This document shows positions 37,626-49,700 of a stretch of 64,000 nucleotides of DNA, one piece after another. The stretch comes from Felis catus (Eukaryota): contig NC_058368.1 in assembly GCF_018350175.1 (NCBI RefSeq), positions 105,588,001-105,652,000 on the forward strand, given 5' to 3'. The notes beneath the pieces were generated by a model. The model saw only the letters and a program-made list of their open reading frames with translations, was not told the origin of the DNA and did not search any database. The number at the start of each line of letters is the position of its first letter. The stretch's first letter is position 1. Both the position numbers and the translations under genes were made by a program.

Positions 37626-40250
37626 AAGCTTTTTATTTTGATGAAGTCCCAATAGTTCATGTTTGCTGTTGTTTCCCTTGCCTCTGGAGACATGTTGAGT
37701 AAGAAGTTGCTGCCGCCAAGGTCAAACAATTTTTGCCTGCTTTCTCGCTGCTGTTATTTTGATAGGGATTGCATTGAATATGTAGATTGCTTTGGGTAGT
37801 ATTGACATTTTAACAATATTTGTTCTTCGTATCCAGGGGCATGGAATGTTTTTCCACTTTTTTGTGTCTTCTTCAATTTTTTTCATAAGCTTTCTATAGT
37901 TCTCAGTGTATATATTTTTCACCTCTTTGGTTAGATTTATTCCTAGGTATTTTATGGCTTTTGGTGCAACTGTAAATGGGATCGATACCTTGATTTCTCT
38001 TTCTGTTTCTGCACTGTTGGTGTATACGAATGCAACTGATTTCTGTGCATTGATTTTATATCTTGCCACTTTGCTGAATTCATGAATCAGTTCTAGCAGC
38101 TTTTTGGTGGAATCTTTAGGGTTTTCCATATAGAGTATCATGTCATCTGCAGAGTGAAAGTTTGACCTCCTCCTGGCTGATTTGGATGCCTTTTATTTCT
38201 TTGTATTGTCTGATTGCAGAAGCTGAGACTTCCAATACTATGTTGAATAACGGGGGCGAGAGTGGACATCCCTGTCTTGTTCCTGACATTAGGGAGAAAG
38301 CTCTCAGTTTTTCCCCATTGAGGATGATATTAGCGTTGGGTCGTTCATATATGGCTTTTATGATCTCGAGGTATGATCCTTCTATCCCTTCTTTCTTGAG
38401 GGTTTTTATCAAGAAAGGATGCTGTATTTTGTCAAATGCTTTCTCTGCATCTATTGAGAGGATCATATGGTTCTTGTCCTTTCTTTCATTGATGTGATGA
38501 ATCACGTTAATTGTTTTGCAGATATTGAACCAGCCCTGCATCCCAGGTATAAATCCCACTTGGTTGTGGTGAATACTTTTTTTAATGTATTGTTGGATCT
38601 GGTTGGCTAATATCTTGTTGAGGATTTTTGCATCCATGTTCATCAGGGAAATTGGTCTATCGTTCTCCTTTTTAGTCAGGTCTCTGTCTCATTTTAGAAT
38701 CAAGGTAATCCTGGCTTCATAGAATGAGTCTGGAAGTTTTCCTTCCATTTCTATTTTTTGGAACACCTTCAAGAGAATAGGTGTTAACTCTTCCTTAAAT
38801 GTTTGGTAGAATTACCCTGGAAAGCCATCTGGCCCTGGACTCTTGTTTTTTGGGGAGATTTTTGATTTGATTACTAATTCGATTTCCTTACTGGTTATGG
38901 TCTGGTCAAATTTTCTATTTCTTTCCATTTCAGTTTTGGTAGTGTATATGTTTCTAGGAATTTGTCTGTTTCTTCCAGATTGCCCATTTTATTGGCATAT
39001 AATTGCTCATAATATTCTCTTATTATTGTTCTTATTTCTGCTGTGTTGGTTGTGATCTCTCCTCTTTCATTCTTGATTTTATTTATTTGGGTCCTTTCCT
39101 TTTTCTTTTTGATCAAACTGTCTAGTGGTTTATCAATTTTGTTAATTCTTTCAGAGAACCAGCTTCTGGTTTCATTGATCTGTTCTACTGTTTTTTTGGT
39201 TTTGATAGCATTATTTTCTGCTCTAATCTTTATTATTTCCTGTCTTCTGCTGGCTTGGGGTTTTAGTTGCTGTTCTTATTCCAGGTCTTTAAGGCGTAAG
39301 GTTAGGTTGTGTATCTGATACCTTTTTTCCTTCTTTAGGAAGGCCTGGATTGCTCTATACTTTTCTCTTATGACCACTTGTGCTGTGTCCCAGAGGTTTT
39401 GGTTTGTGGTGTTACCATTATCATTGGCTTCCATGTACTTTTAAATTTCCTCTTTAACTTCTTGGTTGGCCCATTCATTCTTTAGTAGGATGTTCTTTAG
39501 TCTCCAAGTATTTGTTACCTTTCCAAATTTTTTCTTGTGATTGATTTCGAGTTTCATAGCATTGTGGTCTGAAAATATGCACGGTATGATCTCGATCTTT
39601 TTGTACTTGCTGAGGGCTGATTTGTGTCCCAGTATGTGGTCTATTCTGGAAAATGTTCCATGTGCACTGGAGAAGAATGTATATTCTGCTGCTTTAGGAT
39701 GGAATGTTCTGAATATATCTGTTAAGTCCATCTGGTCCAGTGTGTCATTCAAAGCCATTGTTTCCTTGTTGATTTTTTTAATTAGATGATCTGTCCATTG
39801 CTGTGAATGGGGTGTTGAAGTCTTCTACTATTATGGTATTACTATTGACGAGTTTCTTTATGTTTGTGATTAATTGATTTATACATTTGGGTGCTGCCAC
39901 ATGTGGCGCATAAATGTTTACAATTGTTAGGTCTTCTTGATGGATAGACCCCTTGATTATGATATAATGCCCTTCTGCATCTCTTGATACAGTCTTTATT
40001 TTAAAGTCTAGATTGTCTGATAGAAGTATAGCTACTCTGCTTTCTTTTGTTGGCCATTAGCATGATAGATGGTTCTCCATCCCCTTACTTTCAATCTGAA
40101 GGTGTCTTTAGGTCTAAAGTGGGTCTCTTATAAACAGCATATAGATGGATCTTGTTTTCTTATTCATTCTGTTACCCTGTGTCTTTTTATTGCAGCCTTG
40201 AGTCCATTGATGTTTAGAGTGAGTACTGAAAGATATGAATTTATTGCCAT
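37626..40250 (-). pseudogene. L1 ORF2p remnant (endonuclease + RT), frameshifted, internally deleted and 3'-truncated
   Basis: Starts MAINSYLSVLTLNINGL. A frameshift at ~38150 disrupts the FADD catalytic motif. Sequence jumps at 37746/37747 and stops at ...DFIKIKS. Confidence 0.9.
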
Positions 40251-40365
40251 TATGTTGCTTGTAGAGTTGGAGTTTCTGGTGGTCTCTGTTCCTTTCTCAT
40301 CTTTGTTGCTTTTCATATGTATGTATGTATGTATGTATGTATTTATATTTTCATCTTTTCTCCCC

Positions 40366-41247
40366 TCAGAGAGTCCCCCTTAAAATTTCTTGCAGGGCTA
40401 GTTTAGTGTTCACAAACTCCTTTAATTTTTGTTTGTCTTGGAAACTTTTTATCTCTCCTTCTCTTTTGAATGACAGCCTTGCTGGATAAAGAACTCTTGG
40501 CTGCATATTTTTCTGATTCAGCACATTGAATATATCCTGCCACCCCTTTCTGGCCTGCCAAGTTTCTGTGGATAGGTCTGCTTCAAGCCTGACCTGTTTT
40601 CCCTTGTAGGTTAAGGACTTTTTTTCCCTTGCTGCTTTCATGATTCTCTCCTTGCCTGAGTGTTTTGTGAATTTGACTATGATATGCCTTGCTGATGGTC
40701 AGTTTTTGTTGACTCTAATGGGAGTCCTCTGGGCTTCCTGGATTTTGATGTCTGTGTCTTTCCCCAGATTAGGAAAGTTTTCCACTATGATTTGCTCACA
40801 TAACCTTTCTACCCTTATTTCTCTCTCTTCCTCTTCTGGGACCCCTATGATTTTGATGTTGTTCCTTTTTAATGAGTCACTGATTTCTCTAATTCTTAAA
40901 TGGTGCTTTTTTGCCTTAATCTCCCTCTTTTTTTCTGCTTCATTATTCTCCATAAGTTTGTCCTCTATATGGCTGATTCTCTGTTCTGCCTCATTCATCA
41001 TTGACGCCACAGCATCCGTTCATGATTGCAGCTCAGTTACAACATTTTAAATTTCATCCTGACTAGTTTTTACTTCTTTTATCTCCGCAAAAAGGGATTC
41101 TAATCTATTTTCGACTCGAGCTAGTATTCTTATTATCATGATTCTAAATTCTGGTTCAGACATCTTGCTTGTATCTGTATTGGTTAAGTCCCTGACTGTC
41201 ATTTCTTCCTGCTCTTTCTTTTGGGGTGAATTCCTTCGTTTTGTCAT
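40366..41247 (-). pseudogene. L1 ORF1p remnant with in-frame stops
   Basis: Three same-frame pieces: MTKRRNSPQKK..., ...RRNNIKIIGVPEEEE..., ...YPARLSFKREGEIKSF...GTL*. Confidence 0.9.
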
Positions 41248-41490
41248 TTTGAAGGGAGAGAAGGAATTAATGAGGTAGAAAAAATTAAAATTAAATATTG
41301 AAATTAAAAATATTAAAATTAAAAAATATATTAAAATTTAAAAAATATTAAAATTACAAATAAAACACACACACACACACACAAATCGAATAAATGATGA
41401 TAGATCCTAGGTGTGTTTTGGTCTGGTTGTTGAAAGTGGTTTGATATATTAGAGAAAAAAGGGGGGAAAAAAGAAAAAAGAAGAAAAAAA

Positions 41491-42148
41491 GGAAATCATT
41501 TGAAAATTTGGACAAATGAATACACTGAAGTAGACTAAAATGAAATGATGGAAGTAAAATAGAATTTGAAAAAATTTACACAAAAGTAAAGAATATAGTA
41601 GAAAGAAATTAAAGAAAAATATTTTTACTAAAAATTAACAATAAAAATAAATTTTTTCTCTTTCTGTCTTCAAGAAAAAGAAAAACAAAAAAGAGAGAAA
41701 AAAGAAAATCGTTTGAAAATTTGAAAAAGTGAATGCACTGAAGTAGACTAAAATAAAATGATGGAAGTAAAATAGAATTTGAAAAAATTTACACAGAAGT
41801 AAAAAATCTAGTCAAAAAATTAAAGAAAAATATTTTTAATAAAAATTGAAAATAAAAATGAGTTTTTTCTCTTTCTGTATTCAAGAAAAAGAAAAGAAAT
41901 GAAAATGAGGAAAAAGAAAGAAAAAGGAAATCGTTTGAAAATTTGAAAAAGTGAATACACTGAACTAGACTAAAATAAAATGATGGAAGTAAAATAGAAC
42001 TTGAAAAAATTTACACAAAAGTAAAAAATGTAGTAAAAAATTTTAAGAAAAATATTTTAAATAAAAATGATTTTTTTCTCTTTCTGTATTCATGAAAAAG
42101 AAAAGAAATGAAAAAGAGGAAAAAAAAGAAAAAAGAAAGAAAGAAAAT
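41491..42148. repeat. Three tandem ~215-220 bp AT-rich units inside the L1 5'UTR
   Basis: Unit GAAATC(A/G)TTTGAAAATTTG...CACTGAAGTAGACTAAAAT...TTTTTTCTCTTTCTGT...AAGAAAAAG recurs at ~41491, ~41704 and ~41926. Confidence 0.9.
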
Positions 42149-43837
42149 TGAATAGATGGACCTGCTAACAGACGGAAATACGACTGAGATTACTTTGTTT
42201 TCCCCTAGAAGTCAGACTATGAAACACATTATAGTCCATTAGACTAAGCAGGCGATGAGACTTCTGTTCTTGAAGAGCCAGGTTGGCCCAGTGTAATGGC
42301 TCTGTTCTCCAGTAGATGGCGCTGCTAGCCTACTGGGGTGGATTTTTGTGGCGCTTGTAGGTGCGTAAGCACATGCGCGGGAGTGGGGAAAATGGCGTCA
42401 GGCAGCTAGCCCGTCTCTAGTTTCGGGACTCTGTTCTGGATCAGCCATCGTGTACCCGTCCTTTGTCTTTAGCTTTCGTCCACTCCCTGTTTTTACACTG
42501 TCCGTGACCGAGCCCCAGGGAGTACCTCCCTCCGGAGTTTTGTCTCAGATGCAGCTGTTTTACCTGGCCCCTTACTTCTGAGGGACTGCGGCTTTGACCC
42601 GTTCTGCCCCTCTGTGGAAGGTCTCACCAAGCAATGGCCAAACGCCGGCCCCACCCAGGAACGTTCGCAGGACCATGCTGCTGCCGGTGCCCCGAAACTG
42701 TGGCTGGGTGCCAGGCCGCCCCAGAAAAAGGTCGCGAGATGGTGTAGCAACAGCGTTTCAGGGATTATGGAAAATCACAACACCCATCTGGCACCAGGCT
42801 TCACCCTTAACGACCTTATCCAGTACCAGCGAATGTGGCCATTCTTTGGGGTCTGCCGGGCCCAGGAACCGCTTCTCCGCGTGTGGCCTGAGAACCTTCC
42901 AGACCCCACTCTGCTCCTGGGGATTCGCCGTTCCTACCAGGTACTGAGCTACGGAGTTGCGGACTCTGTGCTCCCCTTGTTTACAGTCTTAATGGAATTT
43001 AAACCCTCTTCTTTCTCCCTTTTTAGTTTAGTCCCTGCGGCCGTTTCCAATTTTCTACTTTGTCTCCAGTTGCTTTTTGGGAGGGGTGCTTTTCCCGTAT
43101 TCTCCCCACCATCTCCATTCTCTGTCCGCACGCAAAAAAACACCTCCCTGCCCTCTGCGGCTTCTCGCTCCCCAAGTTCAGCTCTCCGCACCGCGTACCT
43201 GCTGAATTCTGTGGTTCAGGTTGTGCAGATTGTTGTGTTAATCCTCCAGTCAGTTTTCAAGGTGTGTAGGATGGTTTAGTGTTGGTCTGGCTGTATTTCA
43301 TGGACGCGAGACACACAAAAAGCTTCCATGTTATTCTGCCATCTTGGCTCCTTCTCAAATTTTTTATTTATTTAAAAAAATAAGCCAAAGAACCCTTTTC
43401 CCATGAAACATACAATAATATTCATAAGCTCCAATAATGAAATTACTGTTTCTTTCTTGACTTATTAATGTAGATGAAACATTACATTTAATTAACATGT
43501 TTTGGTTTACCTATTAATGCATCTAAACATTAGGTTTATGATAGGTATATATTTGGCCTAGGATGTATTGCAGGGTGTTCCTTAATGTGTTAATTTTATA
43601 AAATTTCCTTATTGTATGGCGTGTACACCCAATAAGTTCATTATGAATGAAGTACAGGTTTGGAGAAGTTATATTATCCTAACATGACTTGAATCAATAG
43701 TAACTTTGGTTTTATAAAGGTCACCTGGTAGATCTATAGGTGTTATTTTTTAAGGAAAATAAATTTAACCCAGATTAAGTATTTTTGCAGTATGATACCA
43801 TCGTTACAAGTTTCAGATTGTCTTTTAAAGACACTTT

Positions 43838-43871
43838 GTTTTGTTTTGTTTTTAATTTAAAGTTTAGTTAT

Positions 43872-43908
<37 letters not shown>

Positions 43909-44034
43909 AGTGGGGGATGGCCAGAGAGAGGGAGATAGAGAATCCTGATGAGGAGCTCGAACCCACTGTGAGGTCATGACACAAACCAAAACCAAGAGTC
44001 GGATGCTTAACCAAGTGAACCACCCAGGTGCTCC
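43838..44034 (-). mobile_element. Can-SINE
   Basis: TSD taaagacacttt at 43826-43837 and 44035-44046. Confidence 0.9.
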
Positions 44035-44074
44035 TAAAGACACTTTCTAATGATCTTTTTAAAAAGCAATATGG

Positions 44075-44285
44075 GGGGCGCCTGGGTGGCGCAGTCGGTT
44101 AAGCGTCCGACTTCAGCCAGGTCACGATCTCGCGGTCCGTGAGTTCGAGCCCTGTGTCAGGCTCTGGGCTGATGGCTCGGAGCCTGGAGCCTGTTTCCGA
44201 TTCTGTGTCTCCCTCTCTCTCTGCCCCTCCCCCATTCATGCTCTGTCTCTCTCTGTCCCAAAAATAAATAAACGTTAAAAAAAAA
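44075..44285 (+). mobile_element. Young SINEC_Fc-type SINE
   Basis: Near-consensus, pure A-tail. Perfect TSD aaaaagcaatatgg at 44061-44074 and 44286-44299. Confidence 0.96.
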
Positions 44286-44604
44286 AAAAAGCAATATGGT
44301 AATCTCTTTATGAATACCTTAAGGATACATCTATAAGATGAATAAAAATAATCAACTAATACCATGCAAACAAGTAGCTGTAGCTTGGGGTAAAAAAAAT
44401 TGTAGTACAGCTTCAGTAACATAATGTATTCCAAAACAGTTTAGGTGACACTGGAGATACCATGCTTTGGAAATCTGTGTTAAATGATTTAAAAAAGTGT
44501 ATAAAACACACAGGTCAAAGATGCATGCAAAGTATTTAAATAAAATTATAAAATGTGAGTCGAGGGAAATAAAATATATTAAATCAATAGATCATTTAAA
44601 CAAA

Positions 44605-44807
44605 ATTTTAATGTTTATATATTTGAGAGAAAGAGAGACAGAGCATGAGCAGGAGAGGGGCAGAGGGAGAGGGAGGCACAGAATCCAAAGCAGGCTCCAG
44701 GCTCTGAGCTGTCAGTACAGAGTCTGACATGGGGCTCAAACTCAAAAACTGTGAGATGACTGGAGCCGAAGTCACACCCTTCACCGACTGAACCACCCAG
44801 GCACCCC
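44605..44807 (-). mobile_element. Can-SINE
   Basis: gcaggctccaggctctgagctgtcag...accacccaggcacccc. Confidence 0.92.
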
Positions 44808-45451
44808 TTATCAATATATCATTTTAGATAGGATGCGGTTTTTAAGTGGGTGCGTAATTGATAAATAGAAAGTAAAAATTATTATTTTGTACAATTCCTA
44901 AAATTTATAGATTGAATTTGGCCCCACACTCAATCTCTTTCCATTGGGAAAGTGGGAGCTTACCTTACATGGGGTGGCCTCATACTCAGGAGTGTATGTT
45001 ACGTTATGAGGCATGCTCTGTGGGCTTGTCAGGTGGCAGCTTGGGATGGAGTTTGGACCAGGGGCTCGGAGACACAATGCCTCAGATGGCTCTCTCTCAT
45101 TCCAGCATGATTTCGTGATTTCAGTCCTGTTTTGAAGAACGATCAGGCAGCTAGATTTCTTGCAGTAGAGATGGCTCTCAGGAGGACCCAGGGGGATGTG
45201 CACATGTCAGTGTCTATCACATGACCAGCCCTTGAAAGAAACTTCCAGAAAGTGAGGGAAGTGAATGTGTGTAGTTCATGGAAAAGATCTACGTTGTAAA
45301 ACAGAATGCTTTTATTATCAACAGCAAAAGGGAACTTATAGGTACATAAACTTTTGAGACATGGTTTTTCTCTTTCCTCTATTTTGTTTTTGCTGTAAAA
45401 CAGATACAAGGGCAAAGTAAGACACACAAAGCAGATTAAAAACAAATTTAA

Positions 45452-45692
45452 GGGGCGCCTGGGTGGCGCAGTCGGTTAAGTGTCCGACTTCAGCCAGGTC
45501 ATGATCTCACGGTCCGTGAGTTCGAGCCCCACGTCAGGCTCTGGGCTGATGGCTCGGAGCCTGTTTCCGATTCTGTCTCTCCCTCTCTCTGCCCCTCCCC
45601 CGTTCATGCTCTGTCTCTCTCTGTCCCAAAAAAAATAAATAAACGTTGAAAAAAAAATTAAAAAAACAAAAAACAAAAAACAAAAAAACCAC
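45452..45692 (+). mobile_element. Young SINEC_Fc-type SINE
   Basis: Near-consensus with one ggagcct unit lost. TSD caaatttaa. Confidence 0.95.
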
Positions 45693-46566
45693 CAAATTTA
45701 AAACAGACACCAGAAAGCATTTTTTGCCCCTCTGTTCTGAAAACCATTCGTATGTAGCAGGGCCAAGGAGATAGGGGTGAAGAATTAAACTGCCAGGTTG
45801 CTGGAGAGGTGGTTAGCGGACCTAAGTGGCTGGCATCTGGAGAAGCTGGTTCTTTAAGATGTGAACTGGCTTTGTGAGGCCACATTCATTTATTCTTTGA
45901 AAAACTTCTTGTGTAATTATTTATTCTACACAAAGCTTCACATGCATGCACTCAGTCAGCCCATGGCACCGTTGAACAGAATATTGCTGGAAAAACGAAG
46001 GATGACAGCATGGAAAGAAATGTAATTAAAGTGGCTGACACACAGCCACAGCATTTGATTTATCTCTCTTCTTCGCTGGGCTATTTCCACCCTTCTTGGG
46101 GCTCTTGGGCTTAATCCTTGGGGATCATGAATGGTTCCTCTTATTGCTGTTTTCCTTGGCCCTTTGTGAATTGCAGAAAACTAGCTCTTGGCCAGAGGAG
46201 ACCCCACCTTCCTCCAGCACATACTTTAGAAACAAAGGGGTCTGGTCTGGCTGTGGTTTACCTCTCCAGGATTGAGGCTGGCACAGCCCTGCCCACCTCT
46301 GTCCTGTCCCAATTAGAATTGGGGAGGGTCGGGGGGAGGATACGGGAAAGACTGTAAAGAAGGGTCAAAGCTCTTGTGAACAGTGACCCCAACCCTGGCT
46401 TAATTACTCATGGTGATGGGAGCACAGGAGATTGCACTGAGGAAAACCCAGGCTTCCTTCTTGACATCACTAGAGTTGGTCTGTCTTAGGCTCTATATTC
46501 TAGGCCCTGTGCTTGGAGACTTCCATACATGGAATCCTCATAACAGTCCTATGAATTCCAAGTTCT

Positions 46567-46795
46567 TTTTTTTTTTTTTTAATGTTCATTTATTTATTTT
46601 TGAGAGAGAGAGGCGGAGGGGGGAGTGCACAAATGTGGGAGGGGCAGAGAGAGAAAGGGAGACACAGAATCTGAAGCAGACTCAAGGCTCCAAGCTGTCA
46701 GCGCAGACCCCAACGTGGGGCTCGAACCCATGAACCATGAGATCATAACCTGAGCTGAATTGGGTGTTCAACTGACTGAGCCACCCTGGCATCCC
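46567..46795 (-). mobile_element. Can-SINE
   Basis: T-tail, gagacacagaatctgaagcag, ends gagccaccctggcatccc. Confidence 0.9.
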
Positions 46796-49700
46796 AGGAG
46801 TTTGAGTTTTTAATCTTAAGATGCAAGCACTAACTATTATGACAATAAAAAGTAACTGACTGTAAGGATAGATAAAAAAAATTTGGGAAACACTGAAGAA
46901 CCAGGCTTAGAAGACAGAATGGATCAGCTCCCAGGATCTTGATTGCAGGGGCTGATCCATAGTTTCATTGGGGTGCTGTTAGGTTGAACCTGAGAACTCT
47001 TAGGTGTTCTTGCATTACTCTGCTCAAGGTCACATTCCAAGGAGAGAGACCTCAGTGGTGGCAGGTGGAGATTCCTGAAGTCCCAGTATGACTGTGATGC
47101 TGGCTAGGTAGTTACCCAAAGCAAAATTGGTATGTTGTCATAGAAACACCTGGTAAAGGATGATGCGGATGGGCCATAAATAGAGACTTAGAAGGCTTAA
47201 TATAACTTGCATAATGCCACCCAGTGAATGAGTGGCAGCCAGATACAAACCCCCTTCTTTTAGCCCAAAAGGCTACCCTTCCCCATTCTGCCAATTCACC
47301 TCTCAGGTCTCCCTGTGGACAGGGATCATGTGCATGGTTTGTCTTGTTCTGCTGGCAACAAAGTGACGTCAAGAAAGAGAGAAAAATTGGAGGCTGTGAG
47401 GAGTAGATAAGGGTGGGAAAGGAGAAGGTTTGATTTTGTTAGCAAATAATTCTCATGATACTTTTCTCAAATACCTTCCTATCTCAGCATCCTTGAGATG
47501 CTCCACTGTCTCCACTTTGTCTTTGCTTTAGATACTCTGACAACAACTCTGATTCTATTTCTGGGTATTTGAGTTTCCCAGGGGTTGGTCTTAGGCCCTC
47601 TTTTCTTCATCAGCTCTCATCTATACACCAGATGACCCCTCATTAGCTATTGTCTACAGGGTAGGCTAAATGGGTCGGCATGACCTTAAGGTACCTCACA
47701 CCCGAGCCCCACCGTGCCCAGTAATCTTGTCTTTTGTTCTTCATTGTGTCATCATTCAAGTCCCACTGCCTGTCTTTTCCTGTGTTCCAATATACCATCA
47801 ACCTTATCACTTTGAGCATTTGTTCATGCTGTTCTTTCTTCCAGGTGATGCTTCCTACTCCACCTTGTGTCCAAATCTGCCTCATTTTCCAAGGTCCAGC
47901 TTAATTCCCACCATCCCCAGGAGACTGTCTCTGGTAACTCTACATTTCAGTGACCACTCCTGTGGCCAAGTCAGAGTCTAGGCCATTTGTCTGAGCTATT
48001 TACTCTGGTAGTCCTTAACCGCATACCATTTTATAATCTTACTTGGTTATCTTGTTTCTCTGAATTGACTTTAAATTTTTGAGGGCAAAATCCCTTTAGG
48101 ATTAGGTAATAGGTAACCAACAAATATTCGTGTAGTTAATTTGTTTCAAAAATAAGAACTCTGTAAACTCTCTGTGAGAAGAGAAGGTATTGGGCTTTTT
48201 CTCTGACTCCCAACACTCCAGAAGTGGCACCTTCAGTACATGTTTGGATCAGGATACCCTCGTGTGAAAAGTTCAGACTGCATTCAGGCTTCCCAAAGAG
48301 GCTTCTGTTTTGCTCTCATCCTGGATGGGATCCATGAGGCTTCCTAGAAAGGTGCAGAAAAGCAGCATAAATCAAGAAGGTCCTTCAAAAATATGGGAAG
48401 GATACTTACAGAATGATCTCCAGAAATCTGTTCAGATTACTAGTAAAATCATTACTGTAAAGCCACCCACTCCTTGGACAAGGTCCAGCTCCCTATGGCA
48501 GTTCATCATGGTACATGCTGGTTCACTACTACCCAAGGTGGTAGACCCTGGAGAGTCTTAGAATCCTCTGCTTCCCTTCATTTACTTATTGAACATTTTC
48601 TGGCCTTGGCTCTGTGACTTACCAGAATGATTAAGTTATAGGCTCATCCCAGGTGCTGGTACCTGGCCATGGGCCTTTCCTTTGAGGAACAGGTCTCCTT
48701 AGTACAGGGGTTCCCAGGTCCTGTGGAGTGGGAGGCAGGGAGTGAACCCAGGAGCGGAAACCAAGGAGGCTTAAGCAGGCCAAGGGTTTGCTTTTTTGAC
48801 ACTTTGTCAGGAATTGGTCATTCACAGTATATACTGCTCTTTCATTAATGGAACTCACACATGTAGCAGTAGTTGTCTGGGGAAGGCTATTAATATTCAC
48901 TTTCCCTATGGCTTGCTCTAAAAATCATGTAAAGCATTTTCCTGTTTTCCTTTGGAAAATGTCTACACTACATCCTGACATTTAATCTGCAGCCCTAACA
49001 GGGGTGACTAATGAGAGCTGTTGGTTCTTGGCTATTTCAAAAGTAAGCCAACTTAATCTAGTAATATCTTTTTTAGGCTCTCAGGAAAAGGGGGGAAAAT
49101 GACAATTAAGTCACACAAGCAACTAGTGTGCTTTCCTTAGGCACACTTAGTAAAACAAATGTCTGTTTGTTTTTAAAGTTTTGAAGGTCTGGTTTAAATA
49201 ACATGGTTAACATGGCTTAACCCTTTGAAAGGCTGGGCAATAGAGGGCTTTTAAAGAAGTATATGGTTTAGGTGGGGTCTGCTGCTGGCGGCCAATACCT
49301 TGGCTTTCTAGCATGTACGCAGATCTCTGGTCTATAGGAGGTTGGGAGCAGTTACCCGGAGGGTGGGGTAGACAAAACAAAAAGCAGGGCTGGAATAGTG
49401 CTTGGAAAACATTTGTGGATTCAACGTGAGCCAAAACCATGGGAACTGGACTATATCCTCAGGGTTTAAAAGAGATCCAAACAGGCTTACCACGTAGTGG
49501 AAATATGAATAGCACCAGACTGCAAATGGGCAGTCAGGGCTCTGGTCTCACCTCCATGGAAACTAGCAATGCAATTAGCTGGGTTACGGGTCTGGGCCTC
49601 AGTTTCCTCACTTGTAATAGGAGTAGGTTTCTAAAGGCCTTGTAGCTCTGACATTCCATGGCACTAAATCATCCTAAAAGGGATTATCATATGTCTGTTC

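Larger units (their letters stand above)
37626..43356 (-). mobile_element. LINE-1 (carnivore/felid type) with 5'UTR, ORF1 and partial ORF2; degenerate, 3' end missing
   Basis: 5' end GGAGCCAAGATGGC (L1 start/YY1 motif), CpG-rich 5'UTR, ORF1 and ORF2 fragments in the ORF track (endonuclease ...HGTFSRIDHILGHK..., RT ...[14 protein letters not shown]...[10 protein letters not shown]). Confidence 0.97.

Noticed and set aside
41491..42148. Repeat array considered as a CRISPR-like or satellite structure
   Set aside because: Contiguous ~215-bp units with no unique spacers, inside an L1 in a mammalian genome.
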